A DNA stretch of 64,000 nt from contig JBAXBA010000006.1 of NCBI GenBank assembly GCA_037142195.1, positions 14,562 to 78,561 of the forward strand. The letters run 5' to 3'. The notes under the pieces were generated by a model. That model was not told the origin of the DNA, did no database searches, and saw only the letters and a list, made by a program, of their open reading frames with translations. Made by a program: the position numbers and the translations under genes. How positions within the stretch are numbered: position 1 is the first letter of the stretch; each line of letters starts with the position of its first letter. Source of the DNA: Pseudomonadota bacterium. Lineage in GTDB: Bacteria > Bdellovibrionota_B > Oligoflexia > Oligoflexales > CAIMVM01. Shown here piece after piece: positions 8,884 through 19,052 of the stretch.

Positions 8884-11800
8884 GCATTCCGACATGGCGC
8901 AGCTTGGTTTTCTGGCTTCTTGGACTCACTTTAGGGTCTTCTTATGGCTATGCGATCTGTGAATTTAATGGACCAGGAAATTATTGCAAGGGTCAGGCAA
9001 TCTCAATAGCTGCAGGAAACATAACGGACTTTGTGTTGGTTCCTGGCTCAGACTGGATTATCGGTGTTTCGGACGCAAAAGGCCAAAAAGATTTAGTTGG
9101 CATTAACAAAACCAACTCTACATTCCTATTTCTTACGGATTCAACTTCCGATGAAGAGTCTCCCTCGGTGTCACCAGATGGAAAATTTGTATCCTATATT
9201 TCTCGCGCCAATGATCCGCTAGGCAATGTGGTTGTTGCGAAACTTTCCGTTGGAAAGAAAATTTCACTAACACAAGTTGATGAAATAAAATTGCCAAATT
9301 CCCAGGAATCCCATCCTACTTTGACAAATAACGCTGTCTACTTCTCCAGTAATATGGTTACTGATAACAACTCAAAGATTTTTACAAAAACTTTGAAAAC
9401 AAGAGAAATTTCAAATTTTTCCGTTGGTGATACCCCCGTGGTATCTGCAAGCGACCAAGTTGTCTGGAATCAAAATGGCAGATTGATTATCGGAAAAAAT
9501 AGCAACTTAAGGCCATTATTTAAAAAAGATGGTTTTTTGCGGCGCAGTGCCATCTTTGTGGGTGAATCTACATTAATATATCTTAGGTATTCCGCGGATA
9601 GCAATGGGGACGGTAAGATTGACTCGACAGATGACTACGAGGTTGTAAAAGTAGGCATCAAAGACCTAGGCGTAGTAGGCGAAGAAGAGATTCTAAAATT
9701 TGGAGACCTTCAAATATTGACTCTCGCATCGACCCAGGGAAAGCTCATAGTTTCTGAGCGTACAAAATCTGGCTACCAGCTGATGGAGTACCAGGAAACA
9801 CCACGAGAATGCTCTCTCGCTTCTGCTGTAGAGAGAGATCAATACGAGACTTTTATTTCAGTTTGCAGTGCGGCTACCTTTGGTGTCATGAGGTCTCTAG
9901 AATGGCGCTATGTGATTAGAAATACAACTCTATCAGGCAGTCCGGCCGCGATGACCCTAAATCAAAATAGTTGCCCCCATTCGGAATGTGATTTTGCTTC
10001 GGTTAAAGCACGCTACACCAGTGAGCTTTCGTCTCTACTAAGCTCTAGGTCTTATAGTTTTCCAGCCGAAATTCTAGTCGACTTTGCACTGAGAACAAAA
10101 AGACTAAAAAATGAAGATGCTTATTTTTTGTTAAGAACTGTCAAAAATCTTAGTCCCTATACTCTTTCAAGACTCATAGGGTTCATGTCTAGCTCTCCGA
10201 GCTATCTCCAATACTTGAGAAATCTAGTTCAAAGTACCGAACTTAATACAGCATTTTTTGCATCTCTTGGAATCGTATCTCATATAGCTGAAGCAGGAGA
10301 TTCAGACTTGGCACTTAACCAACTGGCTTTCACCACCAGAGAGTTTGCTAAGCGAGGTCTAGATGTCAGCCCAGCACTTAAAAAAGCTTGTGAGCTTTCT
10401 TCTGCGGCCGGACTGAGAGGGCTGATGAAGATTCCTCTTCTAGAATTATCAACGGCGAGCTTTTCAGCCCCTTGGATCAAACAGAAGTCATATTATTCTG
10501 CAAAAAACTACCTTGTCGGAGAAGGCAATGATGCGATAGCAAAGGGAGAGCAGGCGGTAGCAAGATCATCGTTTCTTTCTGCGCTGACCTTTGATCCCAA
10601 TAGCCTTGGTGCCAAAAAAGGTCTCGTTCAGCTGGGCTATCCTCTGCCTGGACATCAAGAAATAGATCAAATTCTAAAGAAGACATCTGAAATCAATATC
10701 AATCTAGATCCCTCAAAGCGCAGTAGCTTGGCGAGGGAGATTCTGACAGAAATCCGCAAATTTTCTGGAGTCTATGATCATGAAAGCGAATATTTTCGTT
10801 TGCTGGGATGGCTAAACTTTCAAATACATCTGGCTGAGGTTGCCAATAGCAATTCTGTAAGCGGATTCTTTAAAAATAGAATGGATATACTTGGGGGAAT
10901 TTTTGGATTTTCACCAACAAACTACCTGGAAGAATCCTTAACTGAGCTTAGGCGGGCTGAAAAAATCGAAAGAAACTTCGGCAGCATATCTCCTCTGCTT
11001 TCGCAAGATCTTGCCATTGTTCTATTTGAACAGGGAGACTTTAAGTCAGCATTCAGTTTAAGTTTAGAGCGGGTACGGAGTATTTCTGCACTTAAGTTTG
11101 AAGATGCCGAGGTTGCTTCCTACTTTTTAAGCCTTGCCAGTTCAGCGGCCGGTAAACTTGATGAGCATAATATAGCTATTCAGTTGGCAGGCGCTGCTGA
11201 GATCGAGGCAAGAAAAATCAATGACTCTGCTCTTCTTAAAATCAAAAAATCAAAGGTATACCTCCTTTTCCAAGCTGGTCGCTATGAAGAAGCTGCCGCA
11301 GAAGCATCGACGATTGCTGCTGTTTCAGAAGAGGGGATCGCTACTAGGTTTAAATTGCTTCGAGTTTGGTTTTTACGTCTGGCGGGAAAAACGAGTCTTT
11401 CTCAAAAAGAATTTAAATCCCTTGACCTTACCCACTTAGAATCTCTGAAGCCAGTTTTGGGCGAAGATGTATTTCAATTGGCAAAATGGCTACAAAGGGA
11501 AATGACATCTCTTCCGGCCGAAAAGGATCAAATTCTAGCTGATGTGAACCAGGCTCAGACTCAAGTGGGCTTCTTTGGGCGAATCGTAAATCGCGTATTG
11601 GGCAATACAGATATCTTTGTTTCCAGGGCGAAGCTAGCCATAGATTCCGCACAAAAGCTTTCCCGCGCAGGTTTGACAGATGACGCAGCTAAAGTTTTGA
11701 CGAATAGCAGGTCCGATTTGGATCGTGTGGCCAGTGACGTATTTAACCGCGAGACTTCCTTAATTTTGGGATATTGGCTAGATTTGAGTCTCGCGGTCTC

Positions 11801-14800
11801 AAAAAATCGACAGGAAATTCAGAGCGACATGCTCCGCTTCTTAGAATTAGCGGAAAAGGGCTGTAAGAAAATTGACAATGGGGATCGCAATAAGAACTGC
11901 ATCGCCATAAAGTCATCTATTGAGTCGCGAATGAGTTTAGGAAGTTTCTCGTATCATGGCGGCTTGGATTATCATTCGTCAAGGCCATTCTATTTAAGTT
12001 CCCCTGAAAAAATCTCCTTATTTCTTTCGGAAGAAGGCGAAAAGATGGAAGGCGCCCGCCGTTGGATTAGCCTTGTTGCTGTAAATCGAATCGAGGATGG
12101 GCTTGCTCTTTGGGCTAAAGGGGTGCTTTCTGGAGAGCTTCGCGGATATGATTTAGACGAGGTTCTGTCCTACTTTTCAAGACTTCCGATTGCCAGCCAA
12201 AACGTTTTGAATAGGGGCATTTTTCGTGGAGCGAAGCTCGTAAGAATGAGACAGGCATTAGGTCTAGATTCCTCTGAAATGCTCGATTATCTGGCTAAAG
12301 TCGATTTTTCTGGCAATAAAAGTGCGGACTATTCGGGAAGATTTAATTTCTTGACCCATGAAAAAGTCTCTAACGAATTCTTTATGTTTGATGTTGCGGT
12401 TTCTGATGTTGCTTTGTCGGAATCAAACGTTCGTCTTCCTGTGGCAGATACTTCCGCTCTGAAGTGGATTCCGTTGCAAGTGGATCTCGCAAAATTAGAC
12501 AGCTTAAAACCGTTGTTGAATGACTTGAAATCTTCCGGAAAAGAAGGCGTTCAATTGACGGTTTGCGCGACAAAAACTCAAAGTGAGAGGCCTCTGTCTA
12601 AGGGAGATGAAGAGTCACTGGATCGGCTCTATGCTTCCACCTGGGACTATTTTAAAGGAAATATTGTTATTTCCTTTGAGTGCTTAGACTCCACAAAGTC
12701 TGAACCTTTATCCGAAGACTATTTTGATGCAATAGATTCAGGCCTCTCAGATGCCGCATACTTTAAAGCATGGAGCTCTGGACTAGCAAAGGAAGCCGAT
12801 CCGAAACTAAGATCCGAACTCCTGGATAGACTGTCTAAAGAATTAGTCGGTAGAAAAAACAACACCTTGGCCTATCAAGTTCTATCTGTTTTGACTTATC
12901 TACCTGATAGAGACGTTTCAAAAAGCTATACAGCTCTTGCAACTATTGCATCTAGGCTCAAAAAATGGGACTTAGTAAAGCGGGCTCTAGATCACCTTGA
13001 CTCTTATTATTCGTCTCACGAGGTAGAGCCCGCTCTGCGCCTCGACTTGCTGAGAATGAAAGCCATATTGGCTGAAAGCACCTTAAAGAAAGAGGATGTC
13101 ATCTCTCAGTGGCAGAGATTTATTGAGGCATCGCAAGCCAAATTAGACCACCAGGCTAAGGTGCGCGGTTTAGTTTCTCTTGGCAATTACCTACTTGATA
13201 AGGTTTCTGATTTTTCTGGGGCTCAAAAGTATTATGCAGAAGCTGCATCCTATGCTGAGGAAAAGAAAATCGGCTCATTTGAGGCAAAATTTGGCCTTGC
13301 AATGATTAAAATGCGGTCAAATTCCTTCAATGGAGCGCTTTCCGATTTGAAGCAACTTGAGGTCGATGAAACTTCGACCGGCAATGATTTGATAACATTA
13401 AAAATAAATCAACAGCTCAATTCTGCGCTTTTTGGACTTGGTCGACTTTCTGAAGCTTCCATTCGGCAGGGTAAAACCAGGGCGCTATTTGCAAAATTAA
13501 ATTCGGCATCACTCAGATCTCGATATGAAATATTAGATTTAAATTTAAATGGTATGATTTTAGCTAAGCAGGGGTGGTATCAGCTTGCTACACAACAATT
13601 CACGAAAGCATTGAGTCTAAGCGAGGAGTCTAAGTTTCCAGAACTCATGTCACTTGTTCTAGCGAATCAAGGTTTTTGGATGAGAGCCTATGGTTTTGTA
13701 GACCTTTCAGTCAAGAACTATGAAAGGGCCTTGCAGCTTGATGATCCGCTTGATGAGACAGCAATTGCAAGTGATAAAAGAAATCTTGGACTTGCTGCTT
13801 TGGCGGCATTTGACTTAGCTTCCTCCCATCGCTATTTGTCGGAATCTGAAAGCCTTTCTATTCGACTTGGCCTCGATAGTAACCTGGCACTCTCTCGGAT
13901 GGGACTTTCAGAGATTCTCTATAAAGGACAAAACTTTGAAGAAGCTTTAAAAAAAATCAATCTCTCAATAAGCTATTTTTTGAAGGATTATAATCCAGAG
14001 TACTTTTGGCGGGCTCTATATGCTCGTAGTGAGATAAGTCGAAAACGCGGGGCCATTGAGGCAGCCCAGAAAGATTTAGATCGTGCCCTGTTGGTTGCGC
14101 TCTCTCTCCCTCCCGGCCAACGCCTAGGACTTGGTCCTGATACAACCTGGGTAGATGTTACTATGAGAGATGTTGTGGATCGTTGGTTGGAGTATAGTGG
14201 TGCGCGTGATCCGAATCTTGCAGCTGGAATTTTAGGCTACTTTCAGTTTCGCGAGCAAATGGATCAATTGACATCTATTCCTGGCGCCTCCGAGAAATTG
14301 TCTGACTTAACGATCAAGCTTGCCAAGGAGCTTGGCGATGGAGAAGCTTCTGCAAAGTCTTCTGATGATCAAGTCAAGACGCAACTTAGTTCCCTTTCCC
14401 AATCTTTTTTGGCTCGGCTTCCCTCTGACACTTTGGTTCTATGGTCGCTCAAAGTAAATGTTGTAGCTCTAAGACGCATGGAAGGAAAGTTTGCTTTTTA
14501 TTCCATACCTTTTGAAAAATCGGTACTTTCGCGTTATGGTGATTTTTCGGAAAAGCTTTTGTCTTTTAGTGGAGAAACTGAAATTCTAAGGGTTAACCTT
14601 TTTGATGAGCTTTTGAAGCCGGTCTTCCCATCAGAATTGCCAAAGAATATTTCTATAATAGCGTCTAAAGAATTTTTGCCGCTGCCACTAGAACTGCTAG
14701 GTCCAGAAAAAAATCGCTATTTGGGGATTGAAACTAAAGTCAATTGGCTTTTGCCAAAGCTGGGTCCTGATTTATCCTCGCGAGAGAATGGATTCTGGGG

Positions 14801-15299
14801 AGGAACCGTATTCGATGGATTGGACCGTCTAGAACTCGTTCAGGAGGGCGCCAAACAATTTAAGGTAAATATGAGAGGCAAAGTAGCCCTCGATTCAAAA
14901 ATTCAGGGGGAATTCCATCTCCTAGAGATTAGCGGGCATCACCTAATAGGCAAAGATGGGCTGCCTATTCTTGCTTTGGGAAAGGATCAAAACTACCCCC
15001 CGCTCGATGTCTTTGGAGTGTTGCCAGCAAGTCAGACGCTATTTTTGAATATTTGTGGGACCGATTTAGGTTCCCCCCTTCTTAGGGCTATAGCTTCTGC
15101 TAAGGGTTCTCGTCAAATCATTGATGCAAGGGGGGCCGTTTCGGAGCTCAGTAGCTTCATGGTCTCTAAAACATTGATGCCTTTGGTTGCATCTGGGCAA
15201 AAAATAGACGAGGCGCTGCAAAACACCCGCGATATACTTGCAAGACAGGGAAAGCATCCCAGCTATTGGGCGAGGTTTAGAGCTTGGGCTACTTATTAG
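8880..15299 (+). CDS. 2139-aa exported protein: TolB-like (PD40) propeller, TPR array, C-terminal CHAT (caspase-like) domain
   Basis: Signal peptide; PSVSPDGKFVSY and ESHPTLT PD40 repeats; DSNGDGKIDSTDD Ca-loop; TPR-like helices; CHAT motifs LFDELLKPV, LPLELL, LEISGHH, LFLNICGT, HPSYWARF. ATGA overlap with the upstream gene. Confidence 0.8.
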   Translation: MSIPTWRSLVFWLLGLTLGSSYGYAICEFNGPGNYCKGQAISIAAGNITDFVLVPGSDWIIGVSDAKGQKDLVGINKTNSTFLFLTDSTSDEESPSVSPDGKFVSYISRANDPLGNVVVAKLSVGKKISLTQVDEIKLPNSQESHPTLTNNAVYFSSNMVTDNNSKIFTKTLKTREISNFSVGDTPVVSASDQVVWNQNGRLIIGKNSNLRPLFKKDGFLRRSAIFVGESTLIYLRYSADSNGDGKIDSTDDYEVVKVGIKDLGVVGEEEILKFGDLQILTLASTQGKLIVSERTKSGYQLMEYQETPRECSLASAVERDQYETFISVCSAATFGVMRSLEWRYVIRNTTLSGSPAAMTLNQNSCPHSECDFASVKARYTSELSSLLSSRSYSFPAEILVDFALRTKRLKNEDAYFLLRTVKNLSPYTLSRLIGFMSSSPSYLQYLRNLVQSTELNTAFFASLGIVSHIAEAGDSDLALNQLAFTTREFAKRGLDVSPALKKACELSSAAGLRGLMKIPLLELSTASFSAPWIKQKSYYSAKNYLVGEGNDAIAKGEQAVARSSFLSALTFDPNSLGAKKGLVQLGYPLPGHQEIDQILKKTSEININLDPSKRSSLAREILTEIRKFSGVYDHESEYFRLLGWLNFQIHLAEVANSNSVSGFFKNRMDILGGIFGFSPTNYLEESLTELRRAEKIERNFGSISPLLSQDLAIVLFEQGDFKSAFSLSLERVRSISALKFEDAEVASYFLSLASSAAGKLDEHNIAIQLAGAAEIEARKINDSALLKIKKSKVYLLFQAGRYEEAAAEASTIAAVSEEGIATRFKLLRVWFLRLAGKTSLSQKEFKSLDLTHLESLKPVLGEDVFQLAKWLQREMTSLPAEKDQILADVNQAQTQVGFFGRIVNRVLGNTDIFVSRAKLAIDSAQKLSRAGLTDDAAKVLTNSRSDLDRVASDVFNRETSLILGYWLDLSLAVSKNRQEIQSDMLRFLELAEKGCKKIDNGDRNKNCIAIKSSIESRMSLGSFSYHGGLDYHSSRPFYLSSPEKISLFLSEEGEKMEGARRWISLVAVNRIEDGLALWAKGVLSGELRGYDLDEVLSYFSRLPIASQNVLNRGIFRGAKLVRMRQALGLDSSEMLDYLAKVDFSGNKSADYSGRFNFLTHEKVSNEFFMFDVAVSDVALSESNVRLPVADTSALKWIPLQVDLAKLDSLKPLLNDLKSSGKEGVQLTVCATKTQSERPLSKGDEESLDRLYASTWDYFKGNIVISFECLDSTKSEPLSEDYFDAIDSGLSDAAYFKAWSSGLAKEADPKLRSELLDRLSKELVGRKNNTLAYQVLSVLTYLPDRDVSKSYTALATIASRLKKWDLVKRALDHLDSYYSSHEVEPALRLDLLRMKAILAESTLKKEDVISQWQRFIEASQAKLDHQAKVRGLVSLGNYLLDKVSDFSGAQKYYAEAASYAEEKKIGSFEAKFGLAMIKMRSNSFNGALSDLKQLEVDETSTGNDLITLKINQQLNSALFGLGRLSEASIRQGKTRALFAKLNSASLRSRYEILDLNLNGMILAKQGWYQLATQQFTKALSLSEESKFPELMSLVLANQGFWMRAYGFVDLSVKNYERALQLDDPLDETAIASDKRNLGLAALAAFDLASSHRYLSESESLSIRLGLDSNLALSRMGLSEILYKGQNFEEALKKINLSISYFLKDYNPEYFWRALYARSEISRKRGAIEAAQKDLDRALLVALSLPPGQRLGLGPDTTWVDVTMRDVVDRWLEYSGARDPNLAAGILGYFQFREQMDQLTSIPGASEKLSDLTIKLAKELGDGEASAKSSDDQVKTQLSSLSQSFLARLPSDTLVLWSLKVNVVALRRMEGKFAFYSIPFEKSVLSRYGDFSEKLLSFSGETEILRVNLFDELLKPVFPSELPKNISIIASKEFLPLPLELLGPEKNRYLGIETKVNWLLPKLGPDLSSRENGFWGGTVFDGLDRLELVQEGAKQFKVNMRGKVALDSKIQGEFHLLEISGHHLIGKDGLPILALGKDQNYPPLDVFGVLPASQTLFLNICGTDLGSPLLRAIASAKGSRQIIDARGAVSELSSFMVSKTLMPLVASGQKIDEALQNTRDILARQGKHPSYWARFRAWATY

Positions 15300-16705
15300 T
15301 TTTCTTCTTGATGTTTTGGGCTTGTGGAAAAGACAAGTCTAAATGGGATGCGTCAGGCGGGAATGAAGACCCTCCCGGCCCCACAGATTCTGGACTGACT
15401 TCGGTATCTGGTTTGATTCAGGTAAATGGCTCTCCAACAGAAAACCTAACCGTTTCCTCGCTAGATTTGACAACAGGCTCAAGGCTATCAGCCACAACCA
15501 GTAAACTTGGCACGTGGCAGTTTAAAACGAGCCAATTTTCCGTGGGTCATGAATACAGTTTTCAGATCTTAAGTGCCGACCAGGTATTGTTGGCAATTAT
15601 GGATTTTTCTGATGTTTCTGGGCTACAAGGAGCGATTTCTTATAACGGTGGCTTTGGAATGGATGTAGGAATCCTTGATTTGCCAGTGGACAACTTTGGC
15701 CTCGTCGATCTCGCTCGCCTACGTGCGACACCTCCTCGCGCAGCGATTTCAGGTGGATTTTCCGTGGTGGTGGGTAAGTCTGGAACCATTGATGAGGTCA
15801 CTTTGCCTTCATTTCTTGATGGCTCCAAATCCAGTTTTGGACATTCTTTAAATTGTAGTTTGGAATCAGATATTTTGAATGGGTTCTATTTGAAATCGAC
15901 GAACCCAGCCCTATATCAGCAAGTTTTAAATAAGTGTAGCGGCTTTTTTCTTCACTACACACCTGCAACAGACAAAACCCTAAAGCAGTTATGGGCTGCT
16001 ATTCCATCGCCTTGGATGCAGCTGGCTAGAAAAAAAAAGGATATGTTTTCCAGCGAGACTTCGGCTGATCCCTGGGATGCAACGAAACGCTTTCTTTTGG
16101 CTGAGAGTGGCGTGATATCTGGTGATTTTACATTGCCAAAACTTCCGTGCTTTGGCTGTGTCATGGATTTCTATATATCCGAATCTTCGAGTTCTACTCC
16201 CCAGCTTATTTCTCAAGGTGTTGCCGCGCGTTTGGCCATGATCCCAAAGCCTTTGGCTGCGGATAAAGGCTCCACGTCCTATTCCATTTCCTACTCAAAT
16301 TCCATCCTAGATAACGGCCTGAATCGGCCTTTTGCACTCGCTTCGAATTCAAACCCCGTCGTGTTGAGTTTGTCGAGGCCTTTACTAGAAAGTCAAGTTC
16401 CACCCGTCGATTCTCGCTGGATCTATATCAAGCCCACATACTATCTGTCAGGGGTTGAGATAACACCATCTGCTTCAGATTATAGCTCTCCTTACAATGA
16501 AGACTATAAAAATGGCTCTTACCAGTGGGTTGCAAGCACTCGCTTATTAACCCTTGAAATAACTGATGGCACGAACCCTGATAGTGTAAGTATCCCGGAT
16601 GAAATCTTTCTAAGAGGAAGTTCCAAGTCAGATTTCGTAAAGCTTAAAATTATATATGAAACCAAAACTTCTAAATCCGGGACGATTGTAAACTTTAAAA
16701 AATAA
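15284..16705 (+). CDS. Hypothetical lipoprotein, beta-rich
   Basis: TTG start overlapping the CHAT gene end, hydrophobic leader with FWAC lipobox, low-complexity linker; no family recognised. Confidence 0.7.
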   Translation: MGYLLVFFLMFWACGKDKSKWDASGGNEDPPGPTDSGLTSVSGLIQVNGSPTENLTVSSLDLTTGSRLSATTSKLGTWQFKTSQFSVGHEYSFQILSADQVLLAIMDFSDVSGLQGAISYNGGFGMDVGILDLPVDNFGLVDLARLRATPPRAAISGGFSVVVGKSGTIDEVTLPSFLDGSKSSFGHSLNCSLESDILNGFYLKSTNPALYQQVLNKCSGFFLHYTPATDKTLKQLWAAIPSPWMQLARKKKDMFSSETSADPWDATKRFLLAESGVISGDFTLPKLPCFGCVMDFYISESSSSTPQLISQGVAARLAMIPKPLAADKGSTSYSISYSNSILDNGLNRPFALASNSNPVVLSLSRPLLESQVPPVDSRWIYIKPTYYLSGVEITPSASDYSSPYNEDYKNGSYQWVASTRLLTLEITDGTNPDSVSIPDEIFLRGSSKSDFVKLKIIYETKTSKSGTIVNFKK

Positions 16706-16709
16706 AGTT

Positions 16710-18857
16710 CTAGCCTACCTTGTCAACCCCAAGAGTTTCCGCCCTTTTAATAGATTCTCGCGGCATAAATCGCGGCTGCTTTTTTTGGAGCATCTTGCTT
16801 ATGAGCTCATGAGGCTTCGTATCCTTTACAATTTTGTAGCAGCCTAAGTCTCCAGCTTTCTTTTCAATGGCTTCGATGCTTGCGTTGTTTTCTTCCTTCA
16901 CTGTCAATTCATTCGGACTACCGATTTCTAGTGATGGTGAGGCATCATTCGTCTTTAGTTTGAATTCTATTCCATCTCTAATAGATTTGCCGATTCTATC
17001 TCTCAGTGAGTGAGCTTTCTTTTCAATCTTGGTAGGACCCAAGGCTAAAGCGTCATTAACTGCATTTTGGGCATCCATTAAACTATTTTGCTTGATCATG
17101 GCAAGAGCTAAATTGTACTTAACTATAGCTCTAACTTCTATTCTATCTTGCGGAATAGAGTCATAAGTTTTGTTGTAGAGCGTGATTCCTTCTGGAGATT
17201 TTCCAGATTTAGAAAAGGCGACAGCACGATTATTCATATAAGAGATGATGTCCGTAAGGGAGTCCATTTTTTCCATGATAGATCTTGCCTCGGAAATGTC
17301 TCCACCATTCAGAGCAACCTTCGCTGCGGTTTCCGTCACTTCTGGCGAAGTAGGATCTTGTTCTTTTGCTTTTTCTAGATTCTCTTTCGCCGCTTGGGCC
17401 TGCCCCTGTTCGGAATGAACAGCAGCTATCTCACATAAACGCCCAATATTCATTGGGGACAGCATTTGTGCTCTTTCAAAACATTTAAGTGATGCAGCAT
17501 AATCACCTAGGCGCAAGAAGCATTTTCCAAGAAGGCTTAAAAGTGTGATGGAATCTGTAGACATTTTTAGAGCCGCTATGCCAGCATCTCGAGCTTCGGA
17601 AAATTTATTTTCTGCGAGAAAAAATTCGGCTTCTATTTTCAGCTTTCTTGATTTAGGTATGCTTTGGTCGTCTGCAACCTGATTTCTATAGCTTCCAGCT
17701 GTTTGAAAGTCTTTTGCAGCTATGGCTTGCCTTATTTTTCTTTCAAGTGCGTCTATGTCTGTAGGGGAGCGATCTTGTTGAATAGTGTAAATGATTTCAC
17801 TTAAAATTTTGGGTCTATCGGAGGGTTTTGAAATCGTAGCGGAAACACCCATTTCATGAACCAACGGCTTGTCAGATTCCTCAAACACACTAGTCGCCAC
17901 AATAACTGGCGCCATAGGGAACTTATGACGTATGCGTTGTAGTAAAAGAGGCCCTGTCAGTCCAGGTATCTTCCATTCGTGTATAACTAGGCCGACCTTT
18001 TCTTGTGTGTCAAACCATTTCCAAGCTTCCTCACCATCGGAAAAGCAGTGAACCCCTGGAACGCCCGCATCTTTTAGGGCAGTTTCTAATTCTGAGTTAA
18101 ATCCCGCATCGGGATCAACGATGGCAACTGTCTCGATGCCTAGCAGATTGGCCCCATCAAGACCTATTTTTTGACTTAAGTACTCATCGCTTCCTAGCAG
18201 AGTCTTAGATATTTCGGAAGCAGAAGGAGTTAATGAAGGATCAAGAGTAATGGCTTGTTTGAATGCAATTTTCGCGAGATCCTGCTTCCCATTTCCGGCA
18301 TAGGCTTTTCCTAGTAGCATCAAAAACATGGGGTTACCCGGATTTATTTTGAGAATAAAGTTTTTTATGGATTCAATTCTCTCGTCGTGGCGCTCCTTTT
18401 TTTCCAAATACTCGTCATACTTGTGAAGAGAATACTGGGTCTCGTCAAATTGGAACTTTTCTAAATCTTGTAAAATCTGTTTCAGATTTGTTGTTAAGGA
18501 GTCTTTATTGAACGGCTTAGATAGCCAACCCAAGCCTCCTCTTTCTACTAAAGATGGTATCAAATCCAACTCGGTTTCTTCTAATACAGCTGTGACTCGA
18601 GTGTGGCGGAGTTCAGGGAAATCGATAATGGTTTGCAGAAGGTGAAGAATGTTGAAGTCCTGGTCTGCTGAGACCGGTGATATGATCCAATCGACCTTTT
18701 CTACTTCAAGCAGGCTATATAGATCTTTAATAGAACTAATTCCCTGGACATTTTCAAAACCAAGTGACCGCATTACGTCTGCTAGGAGCTGTCTAACTGG
18801 GGCAGATGCATCTATAGCGACGACCTTGATGGATTTATTCTTTAGATTTGATGGCAT
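16710..18857 (-). CDS. Atypical double-receiver/TPR response regulator
   Basis: Two REC-like domains (VVAIDAS...KPF and IVDPD...LVIHEWKIPGLTG...KP) interleaved with TPR motifs; no DNA-binding output domain. Confidence 0.8.
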   Translation of the reverse strand: MPSNLKNKSIKVVAIDASAPVRQLLADVMRSLGFENVQGISSIKDLYSLLEVEKVDWIISPVSADQDFNILHLLQTIIDFPELRHTRVTAVLEETELDLIPSLVERGGLGWLSKPFNKDSLTTNLKQILQDLEKFQFDETQYSLHKYDEYLEKKERHDERIESIKNFILKINPGNPMFLMLLGKAYAGNGKQDLAKIAFKQAITLDPSLTPSASEISKTLLGSDEYLSQKIGLDGANLLGIETVAIVDPDAGFNSELETALKDAGVPGVHCFSDGEEAWKWFDTQEKVGLVIHEWKIPGLTGPLLLQRIRHKFPMAPVIVATSVFEESDKPLVHEMGVSATISKPSDRPKILSEIIYTIQQDRSPTDIDALERKIRQAIAAKDFQTAGSYRNQVADDQSIPKSRKLKIEAEFFLAENKFSEARDAGIAALKMSTDSITLLSLLGKCFLRLGDYAASLKCFERAQMLSPMNIGRLCEIAAVHSEQGQAQAAKENLEKAKEQDPTSPEVTETAAKVALNGGDISEARSIMEKMDSLTDIISYMNNRAVAFSKSGKSPEGITLYNKTYDSIPQDRIEVRAIVKYNLALAMIKQNSLMDAQNAVNDALALGPTKIEKKAHSLRDRIGKSIRDGIEFKLKTNDASPSLEIGSPNELTVKEENNASIEAIEKKAGDLGCYKIVKDTKPHELISKMLQKKQPRFMPRESIKRAETLGVDKVG

Positions 18858-18900
18858 CCTGACAACCCCATAAAACTGGTTACTTTTATAACTTAACCTT

Positions 18901-18928
18901 GTTTCGGAATATGGCTAAAAACGTTGAG
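18901..18928 (-). promoter_or_regulatory. sigma28/FliA-like promoter for the REC-TPR gene
   Basis: Minus strand CTCAAC-N14-TCCGAAAC, about 45 nt upstream of ATG 18857; imperfect match. Confidence 0.4.
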
Positions 18929-19052
18929 TAAATACGTGACTTTAAATAAATAGTGCAATATAATCGATTGGTTGAGCATTGTGGCTTTTTGTTTTTTGGG
19001 AATTACATTAGCCTCGGGTCAAAGTTTTAATAGAAGTGCGGGGGATCTTGAA

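Noticed and set aside
8880..15299. TPR-CHAT as a CRISPR-associated (Craspase-type) or Avs-type defence protease
   Set aside because: No cas genes, array or NTPase domain in the window; the protein has an export signal and envelope-gene context.
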